Assembly: GCA_035084275.1 (NCBI GenBank)
Contig: CM068759.1
Location: 6,696,001 to 6,760,000, forward strand
DNA from: Hydrolagus colliei
Taxonomy: Eukaryota
Direction: 5' to 3'
DNA length: 64,000 bases
A model generated the notes under the pieces. The model was not told where the DNA came from, made no database searches, and saw only the letters and a program-made list of their open reading frames with translations. A program made the position numbers and the translations under genes. Below are positions 25,415 through 35,644 of this stretch, in pieces (position 1 is the first letter of the stretch; each line of letters begins with the position of its first letter).

Positions 25415-26557
25415 GTAAGTGCCACCCAGTGCAAAATACAATATTACAATTGCCCAGAGTGTTTTACATTGGGAGGACGTCCCAATCCTCTGATAGTCCG
25501 TAATCTACCGTGGTCCATTTGCACTTTAAACCGTTTGACATATATTTTGCAAACCCAGGAATGGAAAATACAGATTGCTTATCAGGCGGCATGTGTTTTG
25601 CTAGGTATAGTATTTGTAAAGGATATTTAGGTTTGGTGGAATTCGAGTACTAACTCGCCTCGGATCAATGTTATTAATTTCCTCAATGGCTAAGTGAACA
25701 TGCCTGTTTGCAATGCACTTTTTGGGGGGAGCCAGCGGGATAAATAAGAGTTAGAATCATTTAATCTTACAGCACTGAAAGAGGTTGTTTGACCCCCACC
25801 CCACCCGTGAATGTACAGGCTCTTTGAAAGAGCCACCCAACTAGTTCCACTCCCCTACTCTTACCCCCACAGTGGGTGAGAGTAAGTTTATGATTATCCC
25901 CAATATTTTCATGGAAAAGACACATCAATAGATACCATTGCCTATGGCTGTTGGCTCACAAAGAGGAAGTGGGAATGGTAAAAGTGTAAACTTGTCCAAG
26001 TGTTAAATGGGGTATGGGGTATTATGTGCTTCACAGTATGTTCTGTGAAGCGCTTTGAGACATTGATAAAGTATGAAAAGCGCCATATCAAATGCAAGGA
26101 TTATTATTGCTATTAGAAAGCATCCAAAGAGCACTATGAGAATGTCCCTCCACAGGGTGGAAAACAAATATTTCTCAATATATCTAATGTGGTAATAGTG
26201 ACATTGAATCTTTTGCAAAGCATTAGATCTTCATTCTTGGATTACATTGCAAGTTCTAACAGAGTAGTAAACCTTGTTCTGTATTGGATGCTCCTGTTTC
26301 TCATTGGATAACTTATAATACAGTTTCTATTTAGTGAAAAAACAACGTAGCATCATTTCCCCAAAAATGAACAAGCCTCTTTTGGGTCAATTGATCTTAT
26401 CTTTTTAGAATACAAGCCCTACCATTTTCTCATGATAGTACTGAACTGTTATTGTTAATGTAAAGTGTCCTGGCCTCAATCACCCAAGTCAGTAACCTGT
26501 TAACAGTTGTTAATTAACCACTGGTTAAATACATATTCCCGGGTACAAAAACAGTGA

Positions 26558-26645
26558 TTGCTGGGAACACTCCACAGATCAGGCAGCATCTGTGGAGAAA
26601 GAAAAGTGGGTCAGCATTTCGGGTCCATGATCCTTTGTCAGAACA
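26558..26645. mobile_element. Penelope-like retroelement end fragment
   Basis: ttgctgggaacact...tcaggcagcatctgtggagaaagaaa...catttcgggtcc; same family as 33972-34290. Confidence 0.45.
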
Positions 26646-26985
26646 TATTTCCTGGTGTCTATCCTAAAATTGCCCTTTGCAATCCTAAACCTATGTTCCC
26701 TTGTTTTGCTGTCACAGGGCATCATAGGCAATGTATTATTCCCATTTAAAACCTGATACTGTTATGTGACATCTCCTCCAAGGCATTTCCTTTCAAGATT
26801 GAAGAGCCACAGCTTGTCTAACTTTAGCTCATAGCTCATTCCTCTGACAATTGGGATTGTCCTCATTGCTCGCCTCTAAAATGTTAGTTGTATTAAAAAT
26901 AATTATGAACTATCTGAGAACAATGCTCTCATTTAATTATTACGATAATGACACAGTCATAAATATTTACATTTTGTTCCTACAG

Positions 26986-27129
26986 AGTTCAAGGCTGCCT
27001 TCGACATGTTTGATGCTGATGGTGGTGGTGACATCAGCACCAAAGAGTTGGGTACTGTGATGAAAATTCTTGGTCAGACACCCACTAGAGAAGAGTTGGA
27101 TGCCATCATTGAGGAGGTGGATGAAGATG
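26986..27129 (+). CDS. TNNC2: Troponin C exon 3 (EF-hand I, start of II)
   Basis: [48 protein letters not shown]; 144 nt, AG/GT boundaries. Intact site I identifies the fast skeletal rather than the cardiac isoform. Confidence 0.97.
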
Positions 27130-27232
27130 GTGAGAATGATTCTACCGTAAACACTCAACTTTGTTGCTCTTTTCAAGAGCGTCGGTAACTAACAGTGGGA
27201 AGGTCTTACAAATCATTGTCCTTCCAACATAG

Positions 27233-27347
27233 GAAGCGGTACCATTGACTTTGAAGAGTTCTTGGTGATGATGGTGCGGCAGTTGAAAGAGGAGGCGAAA
27301 GGAAAGTCTGAGGAAGAGTTGGCAGAATGCTTCCGCATTTTTGATAC
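27233..27347 (+). CDS. TNNC2: Troponin C exon 4
   Basis: [38 protein letters not shown]; 115 nt, AG/GT, phases consistent. Confidence 0.97.
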
Positions 27348-27667
27348 GTGAGTTGAAGTTTTGTAAATTGGCAGGACTAGCAGAGAACAGGACTTTGAGG
27401 CAGTCGTTTCTGCTCCTACAATAGAGTGAAGATATATTTGCAAAATAAATACAATAATTTTGCCCATTACACATTACACATTCTGTGAAGTCCTTTGAGA
27501 TGTATCAACGATGTGAACAGTGCTATATCAAATGCAAGGATTATTATTAGTATGGAGTTACATATCACTACAGCTTTCCAAGTGTATTAAGAATGCAGGA
27601 TATGTTACATGTGGAGTTGAGGCTGATGGCCTGGGTTGATGATTGGTGATTTGTACATTGATTCTAG

Positions 27668-27804
27668 GAATGCTGATGGTTACATTGATCGGGATGAATT
27701 GAAAGAGATCCTGCTGAAGGCTGGTGAGCCAGTCACAGATGATGAAATTGAAGAACTCCTGAAGGATGGAGACAAAAACAATGATGACAAACTCGACTTT
27801 GATG
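27668..27804 (+). CDS. TNNC2: Troponin C exon 5 (EF-hands III and IV)
   Basis: NADGYIDRDELKEILLKAGEPVTDDEIEELLKDGDKNNDDKLDFD; 137 nt, AG/GT. Confidence 0.96.
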
Positions 27805-27906
27805 GTATGTACGCAAATAGAATTCAATAGCATTCATGTTTCTTGAGCTATTCACACATGCTGTGAGTAAACATATTTGTGAAATATTAATTTCTTTCAT
27901 TTACAG

Positions 27907-27938
27907 AGTGGATGAAGATGATGGAAAACATCCAGTAA
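27907..27938 (+). CDS. TNNC2: Troponin C exon 6 (EWMKMMENIQ-stop)
   Basis: Acceptor ttacAG, TAA at 27936-27938. Total CDS 489 nt = 162 aa with exon 1. Confidence 0.93.
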
Positions 27939-28337
27939 ATATCCAACATTCCTCAACAAAATGTTCCTGTTTCATCTCACGAGTTTGAAAGAATCCATTA
28001 AAAAGCAACTATTCTGTCTTATGGATCTGCTTCCCAAGTCCATCAAACTTAAAACATCTAAAGAAGTGATGTAATAATACCTCTTACCTAAATCTCTTGC
28101 AACATTTTGGCGCAGTTCTCCAGTCAACTAATCAGAAGTATATGTGATGGCTATAAGGAATGCAAAATCTGTTGGTAGAATTTAGGCTACATAATTAAAT
28201 TGCTGGCATAGTTGCATAGTTCATTGGTATAGAGAAAGGATCTACACTCACCCATCTCTATATTGAAGGATAAATGACTTTGCTAACAGCAAATAACACA
28301 GTACAGCATATTCCAAAATGGTAGCAGAACGTTTCCT

Positions 28338-28343
28338 AATAAA
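28338..28343 (+). terminator. TNNC2 polyadenylation signal AATAAA
   Basis: First canonical AATAAA I found after the stop, with T-rich sequence downstream. ATTAAA at 27997 is an alternative. Confidence 0.6.
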
Positions 28344-29395
28344 ATGATTGTCATCTTTTTTCAGCCACTTGCTGTTGTGTTTCATTTTCAATCAGCGCCG
28401 ATTCACTGTTTAGAATACTCCCGTGTGTTGCACGAATCATTGCACCAGCCAGGCTCATTCTCTCTTTACATCAATCTCTGGTTCAGTGTTTCTGCTATAT
28501 TTTTGTTTTTACCCTTGTTGTATCACACCATATTGAAAGAGTACTTGTTCCTCCATAATTAATAATAATGATTATATTGCATCGTGTGGATGGCTTAAGG
28601 ACTCTCGGGTAATATCAAATATTTTACATTACTGAGAGCTCAAATCAACGGAAAGTTAACTTCCCCAAACTGTGTTAGTATAAGGCAAAAACACTCATTA
28701 ATTGGTGCCATGCCAGTGCTATTTTGAATCTGAATTCCTGAGAACAGTACAGTCGCATAGTCTTCAGTGGCTCAGTCGCTAAATACATCTGAAAGTGTTA
28801 GAAATAAGCCACGGAGACCGGATTCAACCCAGATCCAATCCATTCCCCTCTCTGGCTGGATGTTTTGATTGAGTTTAGTCAGTGAACTGAACTGGGGGTA
28901 ATGTGACATTGGCTGTTGGGCAACAAACATAACGGATTCCGTCCTAACCCTAATGAAACATTGTGGGAATTCTTATTTTTGAGGAAACCGTATTCGGCTG
29001 GTTTTAAGACACGCTTTGGGGCATATGTTTAGAGGACGTTTTTACCCCGTCGAGGGAACGGGGGCGGGACAGGGCGAGTACAACTGCATTGAAGGTATTT
29101 TGAATTTTCACGACTGTTTATTTTGGGAGCATCGATCGCATCGCTTTCACTGAGTTATCCTGGGGCTTGAGGGGCCGTATATTACGGATTTTACACGTTA
29201 TTCAGCGTCGCAAACGCAAACTCGAAATGTGGGCAGGAATGGTAGACCCCAACAGACGCGTGTCTCCCATTTCTTCAAAATAACGCGGTGTGAGTGAGTC
29301 GGTCAGTGAGTGAGTGAGAGTCAAGTGGAGTCAGTCAGTCACAGAAGTGGTTTATCAGCACCCGTCAAAACCAACGACTAAAAAAAACCCACTTA

Positions 29396-29413
29396 GCTTT
29401 CAGTTTCACTTCC
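29396..29413 (-). promoter_or_regulatory. ISRE overlapping an ETS-IRF composite element
   Basis: Minus strand reads GGAAGTGAAACTGAAAGC: GAAAnnGAAA (ISRE) plus GGAAnnGAAA (ETS-IRF). Ends 14 nt before the TRIM ATG. GC box ggggcggga lies at ~29061 in a CpG-rich promoter. Confidence 0.65.
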
Positions 29414-29427
29414 TTTCTTCCCCTGTG

Positions 29428-31044
29428 ATGATGATGGCCGCGGCTGCTCCCAGCATCGCAGAGGCTCTTGAGGAAGAGTTAAACTGTTCGATTTGCTTGA
29501 GTGTCTACTCGGAACCCGTTTCGCTCAGTTGCGGGCACAACTTTTGCAAGGAGTGCCTGGAGACGCTCTGGCGCTCGCAGGAGGCCCAGGGCAGGTTCTC
29601 CTGCCCCGAGTGTCGGGTTGAGTTCAGACAGAGGCCTGCCTCCCACAGAAACCTGAAGCTGAGCAACATAGTGGAGCAGTTTCAGAAGGTCCAGGTAACT
29701 CACACTCCAGTCGAGGTGTTCTGCGACTTCTGCTTGGATAACTCCTTGCCTGCCGTCAAAACCTGCCTGAACTGTGAAACCTCCCTGTGTGACCTCCACC
29801 TCCAGAAACACCTGGGGAAACCTGCTCTAAAACATCACAACTTTATCGAAGCCACCATTTCGCTGGCAGACAGAAAGTGCTCGGAACACGAAGAACTCCT
29901 CAAGTACTACTGCGGCGATGATGGGGTTTGCGCCTGTGTCACTTGCTACGTGGCTGGGGCCCACAAGAACCATAACGTGAAGACCCTGAAAGAGGCCCAC
30001 GATGAAAAGAAAGCCATCTTGTACAAGGCCCTCCAGCGGCTCAATGAAGGCAACGAATATGCGGTAAACGTTTCCGAAAAGTTAGTGGAAAACGTGAAGG
30101 GAGTGGAAGGAACTGGGGCAGATATGAAGGAAAAAACTAGGGCTCTGTACCAAGCGATCAGAACATTTCTGGGAAATAGAGAAAAGGAAACACTAGATTC
30201 GATTGACGCCAACGAACTCAACGTTGTTAAAAGCCTCAATGTCCAACAGCAAGAAGTGGAGAGGAGGAAGCAAGCTATTTCGAAGGACATAAAAAAAGTA
30301 CAGGCCCTGTATGACCAACGCGATCCGGTGATGTTCTTCAAAGAATTTGTGGCTCACGATCTGGGGATCCCCTCCATCGAAGAACATCCCCCCAAAGTGA
30401 CCAAGGAAATCCTGGATGAGAAGATAGTATCGGTGATAGTGCATAAGAAGATTGAAGAGGTTGTGGCAGAAATCAATTCCTTGATCACAAAGCATGGCTT
30501 CTTCAAACACAGCTGTACACAGCTGACTTTTGATCTGAAAACAGCAAACACGCATTTGGTATTTTCAGATGATCTGAAGACAGTAAAGTGGAAAGATGCC
30601 CTTGAGCCATACCCCAAGTCCCCCGAACGATTTGAACACTATTCCCAAGTGCTTTGCTCTCAGAGCTTTTCCTCGGGATGTTACTACTTCGAGGTAGAAA
30701 TTCCAGATGCAAACACAATGTATTTAATTGGAATCACGTACAAAGAGATAAAGAGAAAGGAGCCCAAAACCGAGGCGCTCATGGGCTTCAATAATTTGTC
30801 CTGGAGCGTATTTTGGCGTAATAATAATCTGATAGGATTGCACAACTCTAAAGGGATACCGCTGGCGTACACTGTGTATCCTTGCAAAGTAGGAATTTGG
30901 CTGGATTGTGACTCAGGTGTGTTGTCCTTTCACCAGGTGTCTGACACACTAACACACTTGTGCACATTTGATATTACATTCACTGAACCTGTTTATGTTG
31001 GAGTTTGTATTCAGGGCGCAGAAGCATCTGCTACTCTTCACTAG
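29428..31044 (+). CDS. Intronless TRIM E3 ubiquitin ligase (RING, B-box1, B-box2, coiled coil, PRY-SPRY); TRIM25/TRIM16/finTRIM-like, ~538 aa
   Basis: Uninterrupted ORF. C3HC4 RING CSIC...CGHNFCKEC...CPEC; B-box1 CDFC...CLNCETSLCDLH; B-box2 CSEH...C...CVTC...HKNH; B30.2 motifs LTFDLKTAN, PERFEHYSQVLC, YYFEVE, VGIWLD. Starts at one of three tandem ATGs (29428/29431/29434). Confidence 0.95.
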   Translation: MMMAAAAPSIAEALEEELNCSICLSVYSEPVSLSCGHNFCKECLETLWRSQEAQGRFSCPECRVEFRQRPASHRNLKLSNIVEQFQKVQVTHTPVEVFCDFCLDNSLPAVKTCLNCETSLCDLHLQKHLGKPALKHHNFIEATISLADRKCSEHEELLKYYCGDDGVCACVTCYVAGAHKNHNVKTLKEAHDEKKAILYKALQRLNEGNEYAVNVSEKLVENVKGVEGTGADMKEKTRALYQAIRTFLGNREKETLDSIDANELNVVKSLNVQQQEVERRKQAISKDIKKVQALYDQRDPVMFFKEFVAHDLGIPSIEEHPPKVTKEILDEKIVSVIVHKKIEEVVAEINSLITKHGFFKHSCTQLTFDLKTANTHLVFSDDLKTVKWKDALEPYPKSPERFEHYSQVLCSQSFSSGCYYFEVEIPDANTMYLIGITYKEIKRKEPKTEALMGFNNLSWSVFWRNNNLIGLHNSKGIPLAYTVYPCKVGIWLDCDSGVLSFHQVSDTLTHLCTFDITFTEPVYVGVCIQGAEASATLH

Positions 31045-31263
31045 CAAACAAGTACAGTACTGTACCTCTGTCTTATTTGCTGAGGGTTGGACGTGGCAGC
31101 AGTAAATTGCTTATATCACGTCACAGTGACTTTATTCTTGAGTTCTATCCGCTAATAAGAATATCTTCTACTCACAAATGTTCATATTCAGAATGTATTT
31201 AATAATCTGAATGTGGTGTTTGGTGCCTTATCACAAAGAGTCATGAAACTATTGTACATATGG

Positions 31264-31334
31264 AATAAATGTCATCTTCCTGATGGATTGGGACTAAATG
31301 ATTCAGAAATCAGAAATATTGCTTTGTGAATAAA
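31264..31334 (+). terminator. Candidate TRIM polyadenylation signals
   Basis: AATAAA at 31264 and 31329, downstream of the stop. Confidence 0.5.
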
Positions 31335-31949
31335 TCACAACTAGATTATTCGATTTGATTGTATTCCGTTTCTCAAGATATTACCTATAATGATCGATGA
31401 ATCCATCCACTTTACAGTTGTTTGCATTGAACAATCAATACATACGAGTGCACGTTATCCTGCTTTTCCCATAACCTTCAGAAAGTGCTATCAATACACC
31501 CCTTTGACTCCTGCCTATTAACTAACCATGAACTTCAATACCAGCACCTTGCTTCAGTTTAATACCACATGCTCAGCGCCTTGGGGGCGTTCTCCCGACG
31601 TGAAAATGCGCTCTGTAAATGTCATGCTGTTGTTAATGTATTAGTAATTCAAGGTAAAATGGTTGAAAATAAATAAAATTCAGAATGTTCCATTACACCA
31701 CGTTCAAGGCAGGCGGGCTCTAGGTGCAATTTGAATATGGTGCGAGTGTTTCAGTGAATATTTTTGGTGAATCGCTTTGTTGTGCGTAATTGGCTTGAAT
31801 AAAAAAAAAGTGCTTAATGCGCAATCGGCTTCTGTGTCATCATTTCTGCCATATATATATATATGTATTCACACCAAGCTTATTATTATGATTATTGATA
31901 TTGGCTAATTAGAGGGCTCTCTTAGGGGGAGAGGGGAGGATTTGGGGTC

Positions 31950-32145
31950 ACTGTAGCGACATAGGCGGCGGTGACGTGTTGGGTTGTAACATTGGGCTAC
32001 TTTGGGCTAGAAACTGGTCCCAGGGCGGGAAGAGGTGCGCATGCGCGGAGCAGCCGCCAGCCGGGGTTGACTTGAGAGCAGGAGAATCGCCGCAGCCGCC
32101 GCCATTACTACCACCACAGCTAATACTGTTTTACCTCAGGCAACG
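31950..32145 (+). promoter_or_regulatory. NCOA5 CpG-rich promoter and non-coding exon 1
   Basis: TGACG half-CRE, GC box agggcggga, NRF1 palindrome TGCGCATGCGC (32036-32046), YY1-type GCCGCCATT (32098-32106), and a strong donor ACG|GTAAGG after 32145. Confidence 0.7.
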
Positions 32146-32637
32146 GTAAGGCCTCGCCTTAGGCACACGAGAGGTTGGAGGAATGGGGGAGAGTTACTGG
32201 CCCGGGCCAGGGATTTCCAGTCGATTAGCGATAAGGGAGAGATGGTTTGGCGATGGGGAGGGCAGGCGGTCTGGTCTGTCTGTCTGTAATGGCGGCCGGC
32301 GAGGGAGAGGGCGCCGCTCAACATGGCGGAGACAAAACGGGGCGGGGGGTGGGGGGGAGAGAAGAGGGGATGGAGAGAGGGAATGGGAGAGGAAAGCCTG
32401 CCGCTGGGTGGCACCGGGCTTTGTGTGTGTGAGGGAGAGTGGGGGAGAAGAGAACGAAGACCTCTGGGCAGCCTCCTCCTTCAGGCTCGAGTCGAGCCGT
32501 GATTTTTCTGATCTCTTCCCCCTCCCTCCCCCGTCCCGGTTCAAGAGGATGGAGGACATTTGTCCTTCTTTCTTCACTCCCGCCGAGGCTGACGGCAGCC
32601 ATGATGGGCTCAGAGGGAGCCTGGAGTAGGGACGCGA

Positions 32638-32905
32638 GTGTGTGTGGAGGGAGGTGTCTGTGTGGGGGGGGGGATAGTCGGTGTGTATGTGAGTAAGATT
32701 GTGTGTGTGGGTGGGGTGGTATTCTGTATGTATGCTGTGTGTATGTGGGTGGGTTAGTCTGTGTATGGATAGCATATGTGTGTCTCTGGGGTGTGTGTGT
32801 GTGTGTGTGTGTTTGTATGTATGGGATAGTCTGTGGGTGGGTGTATGTGCGGGGTGTTTGTGAGGTGGGGTAGTCAATGGTTGGGTGGGTGGGTGTGTTG
32901 TTTGG
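32638..32905. repeat. GT-rich low-complexity/microsatellite tract
   Basis: Directly visible. Confidence 0.85.
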
Positions 32906-33431
32906 AGGTTGTCTGTGGGGACCTCCACCCACGTTTATTCTTGATCGGCATTTCAGAGCACACCTGGGTCGGTGAAGATTTCATTTATAAATAAGTAGTC
33001 TTAAGTTTGAAGCCGTCTTTCTCCCCTTGCAGAGAAAAACAAGACGACAGTACTTTTTTGCGAAAGTGCCCAAGTGTCCTCTCCGGGCTCTCTGAAATGC
33101 CAAAGATGTTGCTGAGAGTAAACTTGGAACCAAGTCTGGTCTGAGTGCAGCTCTTCAACCCTCGTATAGTCAGTCGGGTTATTATTATTATTATTAATCT
33201 CACTCGGCACTAAAGCGGTTTTGTGTCTGGGTTTGCAATCTGTGAGTTGAAATGAGGAAAGCGTGGCAAAGAGGTCTTTCGGCCTCTTGTACTGTATCGT
33301 TTGTTGCAAGTACCCTGGGCGAGAGTGGGCGACCGTGCACTTAACCGCCTCTTACCCCCATTCATAGGCATCTCCTGTCGACCACCATTTGCCCTTTGAA
33401 TCAATCTCTTTTAAGAGTGAGATTTTTTAGC

Positions 33432-33622
33432 AATAATAATTGCAATCGATTCAGCACTTTTCACATCGTCTAGATGGCTCAAAGCGCTTCACAGAATATA
33501 CTGTAAAGTGAATTGGCTGTATATATGCGGGTGAAACTTGGCAGCCAGTTGTGCAGAGCAGTGTCCTACAAACAGTTGTGGATTGAAATGAACAATTTTA
33601 ATCATTTTTTGAGGGATTATTG
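33432..33622 (-). mobile_element. SINE 3' half
   Basis: caaagcgcttcacagaatatactgtaaagtgaatt...ggcagccagttgtgcagagcagtgtcc. Confidence 0.8.
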
Positions 33623-33971
33623 TGTCAGAAATAACACTGAACAGAACACAATGCTTTGGGTCTTGGTATTTACACAATTACTTCTACAGATGCCAATGCA
33701 ATACAAATTGCACCACAGCGATGGAAGTTATTCGTAGATATATAGCTATTATGCATTAAAGTGGATTGCTGCATAAACCCACTCATTCAGTTGTCTCACG
33801 AAGCACGCAACATAATTGCAGCCGAGTCATTTGCACTTTTTTAAAAAGAAAAACATAACACTGCAAAAAAAATTCTACACGCTGCAAATAAACACACCTG
33901 GAGTGTTCTGGTTAATTTTACCCATTCATTCATCCATTTGTTTATTGGAGGATGACTTGCGCTAATGTATA

Positions 33972-34290
33972 CAGAAATTGCTGGGAACACTTAATAATAA
34001 TAATAACTCAACAGGTCAGGCAGCATCTATGGAGAAAGGAAAGTGAGTAGATGTTCCTAGGTCCAACGAACAACAAAATTACATTTGTAATCGTGCCTTT
34101 CATGTCGGGAGGGCATGAAAGTTCCAAGTTCTGTTTTTCAGAGGGAATTTAGTTTTAACAAAGGGTCACCAACTCCGAAATGTTGACTTGCTTTTCCTCT
34201 CACCATAGCCTGACCTGCTGAGTGTTCCCAGCGTTTTCTATCTTTTGTGTCAAAGATGTCCAGCATCTGCAGTGTTTAGCGTTTTGTGAA
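33972..34290. mobile_element. Penelope-like element ends in inverted orientation, with an L2 tail between the arms
   Basis: Left arm tgctgggaacact...caggtcaggc and right arm gcctgacctgctgagtgttcccagc are reverse complements. Confidence 0.5.
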
Positions 34291-35644
34291 TAATGTAACA
34301 GTTGGCCCGTACCGTTTATGGTGTGGGATTTTTAAAGCAGGTGTGAAACCGGATTAGCATTTTACATGGGGGGGGGGGGGGAGAGGAGACACGTGTTGCT
34401 CGGTTAACTGGTCTCTTTCCCCACCCAATCTCAACACGCCTGCCCAGAGGAAGCCGTTTACTCTGGTCGCTTCCAGCGGGTGGAGAGAAATTTGTGTACA
34501 CGGAGCCCGACCCACCTGGGAGGTGGGTGGTGGTTGTGTGTTTGTGAATGTGGTGGAGGAAGGGAATTACATGCCACGAGCAAACAATTTACCTTTATCT
34601 CTGGCGTCCCTGGTAGAGGAGGAGGGAGAGAGAGAGAGAGAGGATGAGACTCTGTGTCTTTCACGAGAGAGGGCTCTCACTCGGGTGGTAGGTTTTTGAC
34701 TCAAGAAGTCGGGTAACTTGTTTATTAATGGCCGCCAGGTTCTCCCCCAAATTGAAGGGCGCCGTGTAAAACATGGCGGAGACAAAAGGGAGAGAGTGAC
34801 TGGGAGAAAGAACGAGGGAGAGAGAGAAGGAGGGAGAGAGAGGGAGGCGAACTGGGGGATTGACTCTCTGTGTGTGTGTGTGTGTGGGGGGTGGGGGGTG
34901 TCTGGCCTGGCAGTTCAGTTCTCTCTTGTTTTAATCATGGCCGAGTGTATCGTTGTTGTGGGGACTGACTGACTGACTGGTCAGTCGGTCGCCTCCTGGT
35001 TTAAGATGGCGAACAATGTGAGACACAATGTTCCTTTCCCGAGCAGCGGCTGATCGGCTCACAGGGAAACCAACCACGCGCAGCGCAGCTCCGTATGTTA
35101 TAGTTGGTGGTCAGTTCAGTTGAAAATAAAATTGCTTTTGTTCAATAATCATGGTGAATTCTGCGATTAAATTGTTTTTTCCTGCGATTTAAAAAATAAT
35201 TCAAGTCTGGTCTGACGTGAAAGGCATTATCCTAAAATGAAATGAAAGGTTTTATTGTATTATATATATTTAAAAAATAACAGCGATTTAGCGCACACCT
35301 GTGATTTCTCAGTGAGAAGTTTATCAGACGTCACCTGAAAACCATACTTGTGATATTGTATTGAAGTGGGCAATGCCCTGGTTTTAACAAAAAAATGCAA
35401 TCTACAATCGTTTGTTGTCTATTTCTGCTGTTTTTTTTAAATTGAAAATGCTATACCTAAGGATGCTCAGCATTCTATGGTGCCCTCATCACTTCACTTC
35501 CACAACCACGGTTTACCTTGTAATAAGGATCCATTGAGGAAAATAGCTTGTTCTCTGAACTATTGGATTTTTATTTTACTGAAGAGATCTAAATATTTCA
35601 AAATCATGGTTATAAAGTTGTTTTCAAATAAAAAATATGTGCAA

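Noticed and set aside
29314-29427. 38-aa N-terminal extension of the TRIM ORF
   Set aside because: It starts at GTG. RING domains of TRIMs normally lie close to the start, so the ATG cluster at 29428-29436 is more plausible.
29479-30887. Antisense ORFs overlapping the TRIM gene
   Set aside because: Shadow ORFs of a real CDS; no recognisable domains.
31798-31809. Remnant poly(A) tail of the TRIM retrocopy
   Set aside because: The A-run is short and I could identify no target-site duplication.
32136-32932. ORFs of 150-244 aa at the NCOA5 5' end
   Set aside because: They arise from GC-rich promoter sequence and GT repeats that lack stop codons.
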